From positions 238,451-302,450 of the forward strand of contig CAXXFK010000029.1 of NCBI GenBank assembly GCA_963663965.2: a DNA stretch of 64,000 nucleotides, in the 5' to 3' direction. Below the pieces are notes generated by a model. It was not told the DNA's origin. It searched no databases and saw only the letters and a program-made list of their open reading frames with translations. The stretch comes from Sedimentisphaerales bacterium. GTDB lineage: Bacteria > Planctomycetota > Phycisphaerae > Sedimentisphaerales > SM23-30. Numbering within the stretch: position 1 is the stretch's first letter; every line of letters starts with the position of its first letter. The translations under genes were made by a program, and so were the position numbers. Shown one piece after another: positions 27,896 through 39,900 of the stretch.

Positions 27896-29977
27896 ATGAA
27901 TAAGTTAGCATCTTTGTATTTGAAAAAAATATTAAGATGTTTCTGCTTTATACAATTATTTGAAGGCATACCTTTTTTGCAGATTCAATGTCATTTAGAG
28001 CTTAACCCGGTTAATAAGCGGTGTCAATCCATACATAGAATTGATGCACCTGTTTTGATGGTTATCCTATTGCTATCATTATCTCTTGGCCTGTTCGGAT
28101 GCCGTTCTAATAATTGTTTTTTATCAAAGGGAAAAAGTGTATGCCGTTTAGAATCAACAGCAAACGAAACAAATGAGGAGGTTTGTTTTTGGGTAAAGAC
28201 TATTGAACTGGAGTATTCCTCGACGTCGCCTGATGGTGTTCCTTCAATCGAAGAATTAAAAAAAAGTCGGATTAATCCATTTAATGGCATCAATACCCTC
28301 AAGAATGGAACTGCAAAAGTTATAACGCTCCCTCTGAGTTTGTCAGAAATTGGTTTAAATGGTCCTGTATGCCTGGATATCACGATGATCAAACATATTC
28401 AGGATGCATTAGTGGAAGCGCTCAATCAAAAAGGATTTGGCGCAATTGCTGTGATGCCTGCTACCGGGCAGATTGATCCGGTCTTGAAACAGGATTTACG
28501 AGGTAGTACGCCAGATTCCCCGCAACCATTGAAATTGACGATATGGGTAGGCGCACTAAGGACAGTGAATGCGCAGGTAGAAAATGAATCTCAAAACAAA
28601 AAAACAGATCGACTGGCAAAGCGTATTTTAGAATTTTCTCCTGTACGGGGTATGGATCCGAATCAATCGGGTTATCGGGTCGATGCCTTAAAAATTGATG
28701 AGATCAGTGATTATCTTTATCGTTTGAACCGGCACCCAGGCCGAAAAGTTTCAGCATCTGTCAATCCGACCGATACCCCGGGAATGATTGATCTGGAATA
28801 TCAGGTTACCCAGAATAAGCCCTGGTTATTATATGGACAGACATCGAATACGGGGACCGAACATTCGGGATTGTGGCGTAACCGAATGGGATTTATCCAT
28901 AATCAATTGACCGGGCATGATGATATCCTGAGTCTGGATTATCTGACCAGTGATTTCAGTGATTTGCATTCATTTTCAATAAACTATGATAGCTTATTAC
29001 CCGGGACTCTGGATACCCGTTATCAGTTAAATGCAGCCCGTAGCACTTATCAGGCCAGTGATCTGGGCGAACGAACAGATTTTGAAGGGACTGATACTCA
29101 AATCCGGGGACAATTAAGCTGGACATTCTGGCAACAGGATTCAATATTTCTGGATAGTTATATTGGATTGGAATGGGCGCGTCATGAAGTCAATAATCGA
29201 CTGGTAAACGTATCCGGTCTTGAAAGTATCTGGACCGGGCAAACGGGAATATTGTTGGAAAAAGAACAAGGGACAACGAGAACTTACGCAACAGTAGAAT
29301 TGAGTTGGAGCATGCCGGAATGGTCCGGCGCAGGGCAAACCGGATTGACGAAATTAGGTCGTATCCGTCCTGATGAACAATGGCTGGCAGGTCATTATTC
29401 GGTTCGCCATAGTCTTTATCTGGACTCACTCTTTGATCCAAATACTCATAATAATGAAATATCTGGTATCCAAAATAGACAGCGTCATGAACTGTTATTC
29501 AATATCAGAGGCCAACTGACCCGGGACCGCCTGATACCCCAGGAAAGAATGGCATTAGGCGGTCTGTATTCAGTAAGAGGTTATCCGCAAAGTATGATTA
29601 GTGGCGACTCTGTCGTTATCGTCGGGAGCGAATATCGTTATCATCTGGGTTATGATAAACGAAATTCTTTGACAAGAACGAATGCAAGTCGGCATATGCA
29701 ATACGACAGAGATTGGTGGCAGTCATTAATGGTGGATAATTGGGATTGTGCCTTGAAACTGTTTTGTGATGCGGGGAAGAGTTGGAATTCAAGCAAAACC
29801 AGCTATGAGAATAATGAGAGTCTGATTGGTGCGGGAGTAGGAATGGATCTATGGTTCAACCGACAGATGAATATAAGATGTGATATTGGATGTCCGTTAA
29901 CAGGGGTGAGAGGGTATAAAGAGCGGGTAGATCCGGGTGATCTGGCAGTTCATTTTGTGGGAACGATTACGTTTTAG
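27896..29977 (+). CDS. Two-partner secretion TpsB (ShlB/FhaC/HecB) outer-membrane transporter
   Basis: POTRA-like region (LNRHPGRKV), SNTG...HNQLTGHDD, loop-6 VRGY motif, terminal Phe; directly upstream of a TpsA; start uncertain (ATG 28058 possible). Confidence 0.9.
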   Translation: MNKLASLYLKKILRCFCFIQLFEGIPFLQIQCHLELNPVNKRCQSIHRIDAPVLMVILLLSLSLGLFGCRSNNCFLSKGKSVCRLESTANETNEEVCFWVKTIELEYSSTSPDGVPSIEELKKSRINPFNGINTLKNGTAKVITLPLSLSEIGLNGPVCLDITMIKHIQDALVEALNQKGFGAIAVMPATGQIDPVLKQDLRGSTPDSPQPLKLTIWVGALRTVNAQVENESQNKKTDRLAKRILEFSPVRGMDPNQSGYRVDALKIDEISDYLYRLNRHPGRKVSASVNPTDTPGMIDLEYQVTQNKPWLLYGQTSNTGTEHSGLWRNRMGFIHNQLTGHDDILSLDYLTSDFSDLHSFSINYDSLLPGTLDTRYQLNAARSTYQASDLGERTDFEGTDTQIRGQLSWTFWQQDSIFLDSYIGLEWARHEVNNRLVNVSGLESIWTGQTGILLEKEQGTTRTYATVELSWSMPEWSGAGQTGLTKLGRIRPDEQWLAGHYSVRHSLYLDSLFDPNTHNNEISGIQNRQRHELLFNIRGQLTRDRLIPQERMALGGLYSVRGYPQSMISGDSVVIVGSEYRYHLGYDKRNSLTRTNASRHMQYDRDWWQSLMVDNWDCALKLFCDAGKSWNSSKTSYENNESLIGAGVGMDLWFNRQMNIRCDIGCPLTGVRGYKERVDPGDLAVHFVGTITF

Positions 29978-29991
29978 CAGGATGGCATATT

Positions 29992-32424
29992 ATGACTAGA
30001 CATTTGAGTGTTATAATGATTTTGATGGTCTCTTTGCTGACGACAGGAAAGGGTTGGCTGTACGCTAATCCAGTTAAAGATAAAGTCATTAAAGGGAAGG
30101 TATCCATCCGCGAGATGGAAAACGAAATGTTGATTTATGCTTCCGATAAAAGCATCATTCAATATAAGAGCTTTAATATCGATGCCGATGAGACTGTTCG
30201 TTTTGTGCAACCGTTTGAAAACGCACGCGTACTCAATCGAATCCAAAGCGAAGATCCAAGTGTTATTGCCGGCCGGTTGTTATCCAATGGTAACGTTTAT
30301 ATTGTCAATCCGGCCGGAGTTTATTTCAACAATGGTTCCGTTGTTGATGCGGCAGGGCTTTATGTGGCGGCAGGAGCCATCAGTAATCGAGATTTCATCA
30401 ACGGGCAGGATCAGTTTACTGAACTTACCGGATCGGTTATTAACGACGGAAACATTTATGCCGAGACAGTTGCTTTAGTTGGAAATTACATAGAAAACAA
30501 TGGTTTGATTCGAGCCAATGAGGGTGTGATTGTACTGGCGGCAGGCGATAATGTCTATCTTACCCGTCGCAATAGTAATATCATGGTTCAGATCAGCGGA
30601 ATACTGGAATCCAGAGGTGATTCAGCCGCCCTTGTTAATCGAGGCGAACTTAATGCCACTAGTGGTCAGGTGTCATTGATATCCGGCGATATGTATGCAT
30701 TGGCATTGGGGATTCATCAGCAGGGTAAAATCGTGGCTGATCAGGTTACTGTAGCCGCCGGAGATAAAGGAGTGGTAAAAGTATCAGGACATATTGATGT
30801 GGCCAATGAAGAGACCGCAGGAAATATTGAAATAACTGGCGAACGGATTGCCTTATTCGGCGCCAGTTTAAATGTCAGTGGTGCTATTGGGGGATCAATC
30901 AAAATTGGAGGCGATTACCAGGGGCGGGGAGATACAAGGAGATCAGAGGTGACTCTGGTCGATAATGATACCTCTATACGAGCAGATGGTGGCGGTCAGG
31001 TAATCTTGTGGTCTGACAAATTCACTCAATTCGAAGGAAACATCTTTGCCCGGGGTAATCCTGAAGGAGGAGATGGGGGCTTTGTTGAAATATCTGGATT
31101 GGAAAATATGCTTTTCAAAGGATCGGTTGATACGACGGCCGACGCAGGTCAGGCTGGTTTATTACTCCTGGATCCGTTGAATATAACGATCTCTGATACC
31201 GTCAATACGGGTGATGGCTGGTTGACGGATGATAATCAGATTTTGATAACTGAGAATTTTGCCAATAGTATTACAATTTGGGAAGATACTCTCCAAGGGA
31301 TTGTTGGCACGACCAATATCTTATTGGAGGCAAGACAGCACATCACACTGGAAGATCTGACCGATGATACCTTATCTTTAGCAGCCCAGGGTGGATTTAC
31401 TGTCACTTTCCATTGTGATCAGAATATGTCAGGCGATAGTGATGGTGATTTTACCATGAATAGCGGTGATACAATCACAACGAATGGGGGTAATTTAACG
31501 ATCATAGGTGACGATGTATCCATTGGAACAATTTTAAGTTCAGGTGGCAATATTACCGTTCAAGCTGATGAATTAACTTTGAATACGGCGATTAATGCGG
31601 GTGCAGGCAGCGTTTTAATTGCCCCGCGTCGTTCCATGCATATGGATATTGGCGCCGGGACTACCGGCCTGGATATCAGCGATACCGAATTGAGCCGCAT
31701 AACTACCTCAGGCACTTTAACGCTGGGCGATATCACGAATACGAGTTCCATGGATGTGGAAAGCGTTACGGATCATGCTGGCATATCGGGAACAATGCAA
31801 TTTATCAGTGGTGGCGATATTGAATTCGTCAATGGAGGAGATAGTACGATTTCAACTCCTCTGGCGCAGTTTTTCGCGACTAATGGGATTACGAATGCAG
31901 CTTCACTTCAATTTGGAAAAAATGTCACATTCAATGCCGACTACGATGATGATGGTGGAGGTGATTTTACCAATCAGACGGGGGCGGATACCGTAGATAC
32001 TTCCGGAGCCAATGCTTCAATTACCATAACAGCCGCGGATATTGCATTGGCGGGCTCTCTGAATAGTGGAGCCGGAAATGTAACAATTTATCCATCTAAT
32101 AATCGTAGCATGGGTATCAATACGGGTAATATGAGTTTGACCGATACTGAACTGGATAATATTATTTCAACTGGCACAGTAACGCTCGATACTTCTTCAA
32201 CGTTTGTTATAGCACAAAGTGCGACATTTACGGGTAATTTATCGATAATTGCCGGTGACAATGTGTCACAATCACAACCTGTTGATATTACGGGTAATTT
32301 ATCGGTGACCACGGATGTAAATAATAAGTCCATTACATTGGCCAATGCCGCCAATGCCGTATCGGGCAGTGTAAACCTGACTACTCAGGGGGGAAGCGGG
32401 GAATGTTTCCTGGCAGGAAAATGA
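29992..32424 (+). CDS. TpsA fragment 1: signal peptide, TPS/haemagglutination-activity domain and first repeats
   Basis: SFNI...VRFVQP...VLNRI...SNGNVYIVNPAGVYF; GGFVEISG...LLLDP. Confidence 0.85.
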   Translation: MTRHLSVIMILMVSLLTTGKGWLYANPVKDKVIKGKVSIREMENEMLIYASDKSIIQYKSFNIDADETVRFVQPFENARVLNRIQSEDPSVIAGRLLSNGNVYIVNPAGVYFNNGSVVDAAGLYVAAGAISNRDFINGQDQFTELTGSVINDGNIYAETVALVGNYIENNGLIRANEGVIVLAAGDNVYLTRRNSNIMVQISGILESRGDSAALVNRGELNATSGQVSLISGDMYALALGIHQQGKIVADQVTVAAGDKGVVKVSGHIDVANEETAGNIEITGERIALFGASLNVSGAIGGSIKIGGDYQGRGDTRRSEVTLVDNDTSIRADGGGQVILWSDKFTQFEGNIFARGNPEGGDGGFVEISGLENMLFKGSVDTTADAGQAGLLLLDPLNITISDTVNTGDGWLTDDNQILITENFANSITIWEDTLQGIVGTTNILLEARQHITLEDLTDDTLSLAAQGGFTVTFHCDQNMSGDSDGDFTMNSGDTITTNGGNLTIIGDDVSIGTILSSGGNITVQADELTLNTAINAGAGSVLIAPRRSMHMDIGAGTTGLDISDTELSRITTSGTLTLGDITNTSSMDVESVTDHAGISGTMQFISGGDIEFVNGGDSTISTPLAQFFATNGITNAASLQFGKNVTFNADYDDDGGGDFTNQTGADTVDTSGANASITITAADIALAGSLNSGAGNVTIYPSNNRSMGINTGNMSLTDTELDNIISTGTVTLDTSSTFVIAQSATFTGNLSIIAGDNVSQSQPVDITGNLSVTTDVNNKSITLANAANAVSGSVNLTTQGGSGECFLAGK

Positions 32425-32506
32425 ATCAATTAATATCGGCGGCGGTACAGTACAGGGGACATTAACATTAAATCCAACAGGAAATGATATTACTGACAGT
32501 GGCGCG

Positions 32507-32977
32507 TTGTCTGTATCGGGAGATTTGACGTTTGCCAATGTAAACGATGTTACTTTAGACCAATTGACCGGCGCCATAGATCTGGGGGCCTCAACAGTTA
32601 CCAACGATTTGACATTAGCCACTACCGGAGCCATTAATCAAAGCGGCATTCTTACGGTTGGGGGTAATGCCAGTTTCACGGCCAGTGGCGCCGGAAATGA
32701 TATTACTTTGAATTCGTTTGCCAACGACATAGCCGGTACCATCAATTTCATTACGGGTGGAACGACAACCTCTGATCTGTTCTTTGATAACGGGGTAACA
32801 GATATTGTCCTGGGAGCTTCAACTGTTAAAGGAGGCATGACACTTACCACGACCGGACATCTTACCGTAGATGGTGCGGTGACCACGGCCAATACCACGC
32901 AAATTACCGCCGATGACCTGACGTTTAATTCGACTTTGAATGCCGGGTACCGCCAATATCACCATCATACCCTCTGA
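32507..32977 (+). CDS. TpsA fragment 2 (internal repeats; this frame is open from about 32402)
   Basis: Same T/G/N/D/A-rich beta-helix composition; not an independent gene. Confidence 0.6.
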   Translation: MSVSGDLTFANVNDVTLDQLTGAIDLGASTVTNDLTLATTGAINQSGILTVGGNASFTASGAGNDITLNSFANDIAGTINFITGGTTTSDLFFDNGVTDIVLGASTVKGGMTLTTTGHLTVDGAVTTANTTQITADDLTFNSTLNAGYRQYHHHTL

Positions 32978-33911
32978 CAATGCCGATATTGATGTGGGAA
33001 CTGCCCTGGCGGGTGGGATGCAGATCGTTGATGCAGAACTCGATAATATTTCAACCAGTGGTATCGTTCGTTTCGATACCAATGGTGCTATTCAGGTTGA
33101 TAATGTCAGTTCGGCCATATCCGGCCAGTTGTTTTTTGATGCGGGCACATCAGTCGATTTTCTGAATAACGCCTCTACATTCAGCGGAGGATTGAGAGTT
33201 CAGGCGGGCGATGTTGAATTTGGCGTGGCGGTCAATGCCGGTGGTAGCGCACAAATCAATGCAATCAGCAACTCAGATTTGTATTTACGCGCGGCGCCTG
33301 GCGCTGGGATGCACATCAGCGGTCTGGAACTGGAGCGACTAACGGCAACCAGTTTACTGGCTACAACCAGTGGAACAGGCAATATTTATGTTACGGGTAT
33401 CAGTGCGGCCAATAGTAATAATATTTCCGGCACCACGACATTGCGGGCGCAAAATTCCGGATCCGTGAATTTTCAGACCACCGATTCCACATTCAATGCG
33501 CTAACCGCACAGGGAGCATCCGGTGTTTTAGTCGATGGTATCACCTTGACGACGGATACCGGTGCGTTGAACCTGAACGGTGATTATGATAACGCAGTTG
33601 ACGCAGGCGATGGTGTTCTATTAAATAACGGTGTCACCCTGAATTCGCAAGGCTTATTAACCCTGGCATCAACCAATTCCAATGATGCCATTAGTGCCAA
33701 TAACACGCTTGCCCTGAACGCAGTTGATATCACGATCAATAAGACACTGAATGCAGCAGGACAAACCATCTCTATCTCGACAATCGATGGGGGATCGATA
33801 GGGGTGGGTGATACTGCCGGTAATATGACCCTGTCTCCTACAGAATTAAGCCGACATTCAATCAGCCCACTTAAATATTACAACAACGGGTTCTGGTATC
33901 GTTGTCGATAA
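32940..33911 (+). CDS. TpsA fragment 3 (internal repeats)
   Basis: Contains the recurring DAELDNI/ELERL motif; sequence becomes out of character after about 33855. Confidence 0.6.
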   Translation: MPGTANITIIPSDNADIDVGTALAGGMQIVDAELDNISTSGIVRFDTNGAIQVDNVSSAISGQLFFDAGTSVDFLNNASTFSGGLRVQAGDVEFGVAVNAGGSAQINAISNSDLYLRAAPGAGMHISGLELERLTATSLLATTSGTGNIYVTGISAANSNNISGTTTLRAQNSGSVNFQTTDSTFNALTAQGASGVLVDGITLTTDTGALNLNGDYDNAVDAGDGVLLNNGVTLNSQGLLTLASTNSNDAISANNTLALNAVDITINKTLNAAGQTISISTIDGGSIGVGDTAGNMTLSPTELSRHSISPLKYYNNGFWYRCR

Positions 33912-33954
33912 TATAACTGCTGCCAATAGCAATAACATATCTGGCACCCTTACT

Positions 33955-36900
33955 TTGGAGGCCAGCGGCGATGACCAGAATGTTACTTTTCAAGGAAGCG
34001 ATTCAACGTTCAATGCCGTTACAGTGAATGCTGATGATGGTATTTTTATTAATAATGTTCTGTTGGCGACTGATACGGGTGCCATGACCTTGAATTCAAA
34101 TATGGATGCTGCCGCCGATACTGACGATCAAATCAATTTTATTGGAGCAGGGGCCGGAATATCAACAGTTGCCGATCTGACGATATCCACGATTGATGTA
34201 TCCAATAGCCTGACATTATATTCCAATGGATCCATTACCATCACAGATGATTTAAATGTACCTGGTGATTTTAATGCGGTAGCAGACTATGATAAAAATG
34301 GAACGGGTGATTTTATTACCAATGCGAATGTTGATATCGATACCAGCGGAGCCAATGGAGATATCAATATCGCGGCGGATGATGTGATCTTGAATGGAAC
34401 CTCATTGAATGCCGGTGGCGGCAGTATTACCCTGGTGCCACAGACAACCACCAATCTGGGTTTAGGCAACGGTGTGGTCGCGGATTTCCATATTTCAGAT
34501 ACTGAACTAGATCTTATGACGGCTGCAGGGCTGACAATCGGTAATGTGGCGGCAAGCTTTAATAATAGTTCAGCGGAATTTTCCGATTGCGAAATGAACG
34601 ATGTTACTGTTGGAGCCCTATTGGCCGGCCCTTTGGGGATTGAAATTGCAGGAATTATGACGATAAATGCCGGCCAGACCCTGTCGACAACGAATCAGGC
34701 AATAGTATTAACGGTTGACGATATTGATTTACAGGGAACCGTTAATAGTGGTGTTGCCGATGTAAGTATTGAAACGGCAGATATTAATGATAGTTTAATA
34801 TTGGGGGGTACAGGCGGTGATCTAGATATCGATGATACGGAAATCTCCCGTATCACCTCAGGTGGCTTGAACCTGACTGTTAAGGCTGGTGGTACTATCA
34901 CAGTACAAAGTGTAGCTGATGCGGCCGCAGAAAATGCCGGCGATATTGTATTGGATGCCACTGCTGCGGGAGGATCCATTTTATTTAATGGTGGTAGTTC
35001 CCAATTTGATTCTTTAACGGCGACGGCGGATGATAGAATAACCATTGCCGTTGATTTGACGGTAGACACGGCCAATTTGAGCCTGGATGCGGATGCGGAC
35101 TCGGCGGTTGATGGAAGTGATAATATTGATTTTACTGCCGGAGGGATTACCCTGACATCCACCCTGGGAAGTGTTTCGATGGCTGCATCCAGTGGTAATA
35201 TTGCAACCGCCGGAGCATTGACAATAAATGCGGCTAATGGAATTACTATTTCAGATGCGGTGACAGCCTCTGGCGCCGGAGCGTTGACAATCAATGCCGA
35301 TTCGGATAATAATGGAAGTGGCGCCTTGGCTACCAGTGAAGCGATTACTTTGGTGGATAGTCTGGTATCCATAACGGCGGCTGATGTAACCATTGGCGCC
35401 AATATCGCATCTGGGACCGGAGGGATTTCATTGTTGCCTTCGGATAGCGGTGGGATGGCCCTGACTCTGGGAGGCGCGGGTGGCTATGCACTGGATAATA
35501 CGGAACTGGATCGTCTGGTTACGACCGGTACGTTAACTGTGGGAAATAGCAATACGACCAGTATTGTCACCGGGGGAAATCCGGATAATGTGACCGGGCC
35601 AATCATCCTGGCGTCAACCGCAGCCGGGAGTACCATTACCATAGGGGCGGCATTAACATCTTCCGACAGTTTAACGATGTCGGCGAACAATGGGATAACG
35701 ATTAATGATGATGTGACCAGTAATGGTGTGATTACGATTGACAGTGATCTGGATAATGCCGGGGCAGGTACCCTGACGATAGCCAATACCAAAACGTTGG
35801 ATAGTACGGATAATAGTATTGGAATTACGGCAGCTGATATCAATATGAACGCGAGCGGCGCCATTGACGCAGGAGCGGGAGATTTAACCGTCAATCAGTC
35901 GCAAGCAGCCGGTACCATTGGGCTGGGCGCTGCCGGGGGAACAACCCTGTCTCTTTCAGATACTGAAATAGACAATATCACCGCAGCCAATATGACCTTG
36001 AATGCGCCGTCAAACGTAATTTGCGATAATTTATCCGCTGGCATAGGGAATAATGTCAATGGAACGTTTAAGGTTGATGCCACTGGCAGTGTGACATTTC
36101 AAACGGCGGATTCAACCTTTAAAACATTGGTGGTCGAGGCCGATGATGGCATTATTGTCAACAACGTAACGGTCACGACCGATACCGGCTCATTAACCAT
36201 GGATGGGAATGTCGATGACAGCGCCGATGGTACGGATAAGATTGCTTTCCAGAATACTGCTAGCCTGGTTTCCGCCGGTTCAATGACCTTGTCTGCGACC
36301 AACGATGGAATAACCACGACCGGAGCAACTACCCTGACAGCCAATGATGGCATTTCACTGAATGATAACCTGACCGCCGGCGGCCAGACAACCATCGATG
36401 CGGATAATGATGCCGGCGATGATAATGGGACATTCACACTGGCCAATACCATGACAATCAATACGGCCAATAATGCTTTAAACATTACGGCCGATGACAT
36501 GGCGATCAATGGTAGTATCAATAGTGGCAATGGATTAATTACCTTGTCGGTGTCGGATGGGGGTACCATTGGACTGGGCGCCACTGGCGGTGATTTAACC
36601 ATTGATAATAATGAATTGTCTCGCATTACCACGACCGCGACCGGAGGCCTGACCCTGGGCGGAAGTGACAGCACGTTGACCGTAGATGGTATTACTCAGG
36701 CGCAAAGTGACAATATCAATGGTGTGTTGACACTCGATGCGACCAATGATAACGCCTCGGTGATTTTCAGTAATACGGCGTCGACCTTTGATCAATTAAC
36801 GGTAAATGCCGATAATGGAATCACAATCGATACGGATATTACTACCGATTCCGGCAGTATGGTCTTGGAGGGTGATTCAGATAACGCGGCTGATGCCGGT

Positions 36901-39900
36901 GATGATATTGATATTGCCGGAAATATTACTTTGACGGTTTCCGGGGGCAATCTGATATTGGATGCGACCACTGGAAAAATCGATGCGGCAACCAGTCTGC
37001 AACTGGATTCAGATGGCAATATTGTGATCAATGATCACCTGACAACGGGTACGACACTGACGATTGATGCCGACAATGGAATCCAGTTGAATGGCAATGT
37101 AAGTTCCGGTGGCCAGGTTGATCTGGACGCGGATGATGACGATAATGCCACGGGTGTTTTAACCATTGCCGGTGCATTGGATACCAGTGATAATCCGCTC
37201 AATATAGTCGCCGATGATTTAACCTTAACGGGAACAATCGACACCACATCAAAGGATATTTCGATTGAACCGTCAACCGGGATTGAATTGCGTCTTGGAA
37301 CGGTGGCCGGTACGATGCAAATTACTGATGCAGAAATTGACAAAATAACAACGACCGGTGATGTCTATCTGGGCAAACAAGTTGCCACTTCGATCAATAT
37401 TGATGATTTCAGCCCGGCTAACGTTTCGGGAACTCTGTTTCTGGATACTACCGGAAGCCTGACTATCACCGGTGGAAACTTTGATGTGACGACAAATAAC
37501 AATACTATTGATATAACCGCCGATGATGTCGTATTTACTGGAACAGTGGATGCCGGTTCCGGCAGTGTTATTATCCGGACTGATGACAGCGGATCGATTG
37601 ATCTGGGAACGGCAGGCGCCGGGGGGATGACCCTATTGAATACGGACCTGGCGAACATGACAACTTCCGGGGGCCTGACCTTGCAGGCCCGTGCCGGTGA
37701 AACGCTGGTTGTCGATGGGGTGACTGCCCCGGCAACTGCGAATATCAGTGGAGTGACAACATTAAATGCCAGTGCGGCAGGCGCCGGAATTTCGTTCGCG
37801 AATACCAATAGCGTATTTAATGCGGGCCTGACTGCAACAGCAGCCGATACGATTTCATTCGATGCCGGTCGCCAGGTGACTGCGGGTGGCAATCTGACCT
37901 TGAATGCCACCAATGATATCGATGCGGCCGGCAGCGTTTCGCTGTATGCCACTGGAGATCTGACAATTAATAATTCGTTAACGTCTGGGGGGGATATCGA
38001 TCTGCGCGCCGATAGCGAAGGGAATGGGACGGGCGATTTTGTTCTGGCGGCCACTGAGACTATAGACAGCACTGGAAACAATCTGTCAATAAGGGCCGAT
38101 GACATCGCTCTCAACGGTTCGATTGATGTTGGCGCGGGGGATATCTTGTTATTACCATCTTCGGCAAGCGCAATCGGACTAGGCGATACTGCCAGTGGAG
38201 AATTCGATATCAGTGATTCGGAATTTGATCGCATGACAACTTCCGGTACCCTGACTCTTGGGGGAGCAACCGCTGGTAGCATTGTTGTTGATAATTTGAC
38301 TGCCACTGTTGGAAAAGTTACCGGTCCGGTCGTAATTGTGTCAGGTCAAAATAATGGAGTTATTACATTTCAAAATAATCCATCCAGTGTGCTGGATACG
38401 CTTACTTTGCAGGCGGTGGATGGTGTATCCGTCAACGATGGTATTTTATCAGGAAACGATATGGTTATTGATGCAGATACTGACGCGGGGGATGATCTGG
38501 GCAGTCTATTTGTCGGTACTGGCTCTGTGATTGACACGAATGACAATAATCTGGATATCACGGCAAACGATCTCACTCTGCAAGGAGGGGCGTTAAGTCT
38601 TGATGTCGGGACCGGCGACCTAACGATTATCGATTCAGATGACGATGGTATCGGACTGGGCGGTACTACTGTTGCGAATGGATTGAATATTGATGATACC
38701 GAGTTTGGCCGAATATTATGTGCGAATCTGGAACTGATTACAGGCGGAGCCATTAAGGTGGATGGTATTAGCGCGGCCGGCAGTCAGAACATTACCTCAA
38801 TATTGACTCTGGATACAGCGGATAGCATTGAATTTCTGAATAATGGCTCAATATTCAACGCCTTGACCCTGGAAGCGGATAATGCGATTGCCATTAATGA
38901 TGATATTACCACGGACACGGCGACATTGGTAGTGCATGCGGATACGAATACCAATGCCAATGCTGCGGATTATACGATACAGATTGCAAATGGAATTCAG
39001 TTGGATTCAGCGACAACGATTGAACTCAATGCGGAAAACGGCAAATCCCAGGGAACTGGGCAATTGACAATCCAGGCTGATGAAGGGATTACGATACAGG
39101 ATACCCTGGAAACCGGTGGTGATTTGACTATTGACGCGGATAATGACATTGACGGAACCGGCAGCCTGGTAGTGGCGGGTGGGGCCACGTTGGATGCCGG
39201 TGGCAATAATATCGATATAACGGCTAATTTAATTAATTTTGCCGGCGCACTGGCCAATATAACGGACCTGGTTTTACGGGCAACGATCAATGGCGATCTG
39301 ACCGTCAGCGGCAGTTTTGGCAACAGCGGTTCCGTGGAGTTGGAATCGATCAATGGCACAGTGACTGTCAATAATGCCCTGTCATCCAATGGTGCCATAA
39401 CGATTACGGCTAAAAGCGGTGTCATTCTGAACGATACCGTGACTGCCGATGCGGATACCAATAATCCCGGTGGTGATCCAATCACGATTAACGCGGATAG
39501 TAACAGCGATGGTACCGGTGATCTGACGCTTGCCACCACCAAACAAATTATTACAAATGATAATAACCTGACTGTGACTGCCAATGACTTGGATCTGGCG
39601 GGTACTGCATCGATTAACGTCGGAAATGGTCAGATTCGTCTGATTGATTCAGATGGTTCCGGAATGGCACTTGGGGATACTGTCAATGCCGGTGAGTTCC
39701 ATGTGGCTGCATCTGAGTTACAAAGGATTACTGCCTCCCAGTTAGAATTGGAAACTACCGGCGCATCAAATGTAGATAACATCTCTGGAGCGAATAGTAA
39801 TAATATTGGATTGGTTTTGCTGGATTCTGCCGGTTTGGTGTCATTTATCAACAACGCGTCTACTTTCAACGCACTGACAGTGCAGTCTGATGATGGGATA

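Noticed and set aside
32422..32424. TGA ending TpsA fragment 1 as selenocysteine or readthrough
   Set aside because: The coding sequence continues in a different frame, so this is a frameshift rather than readthrough
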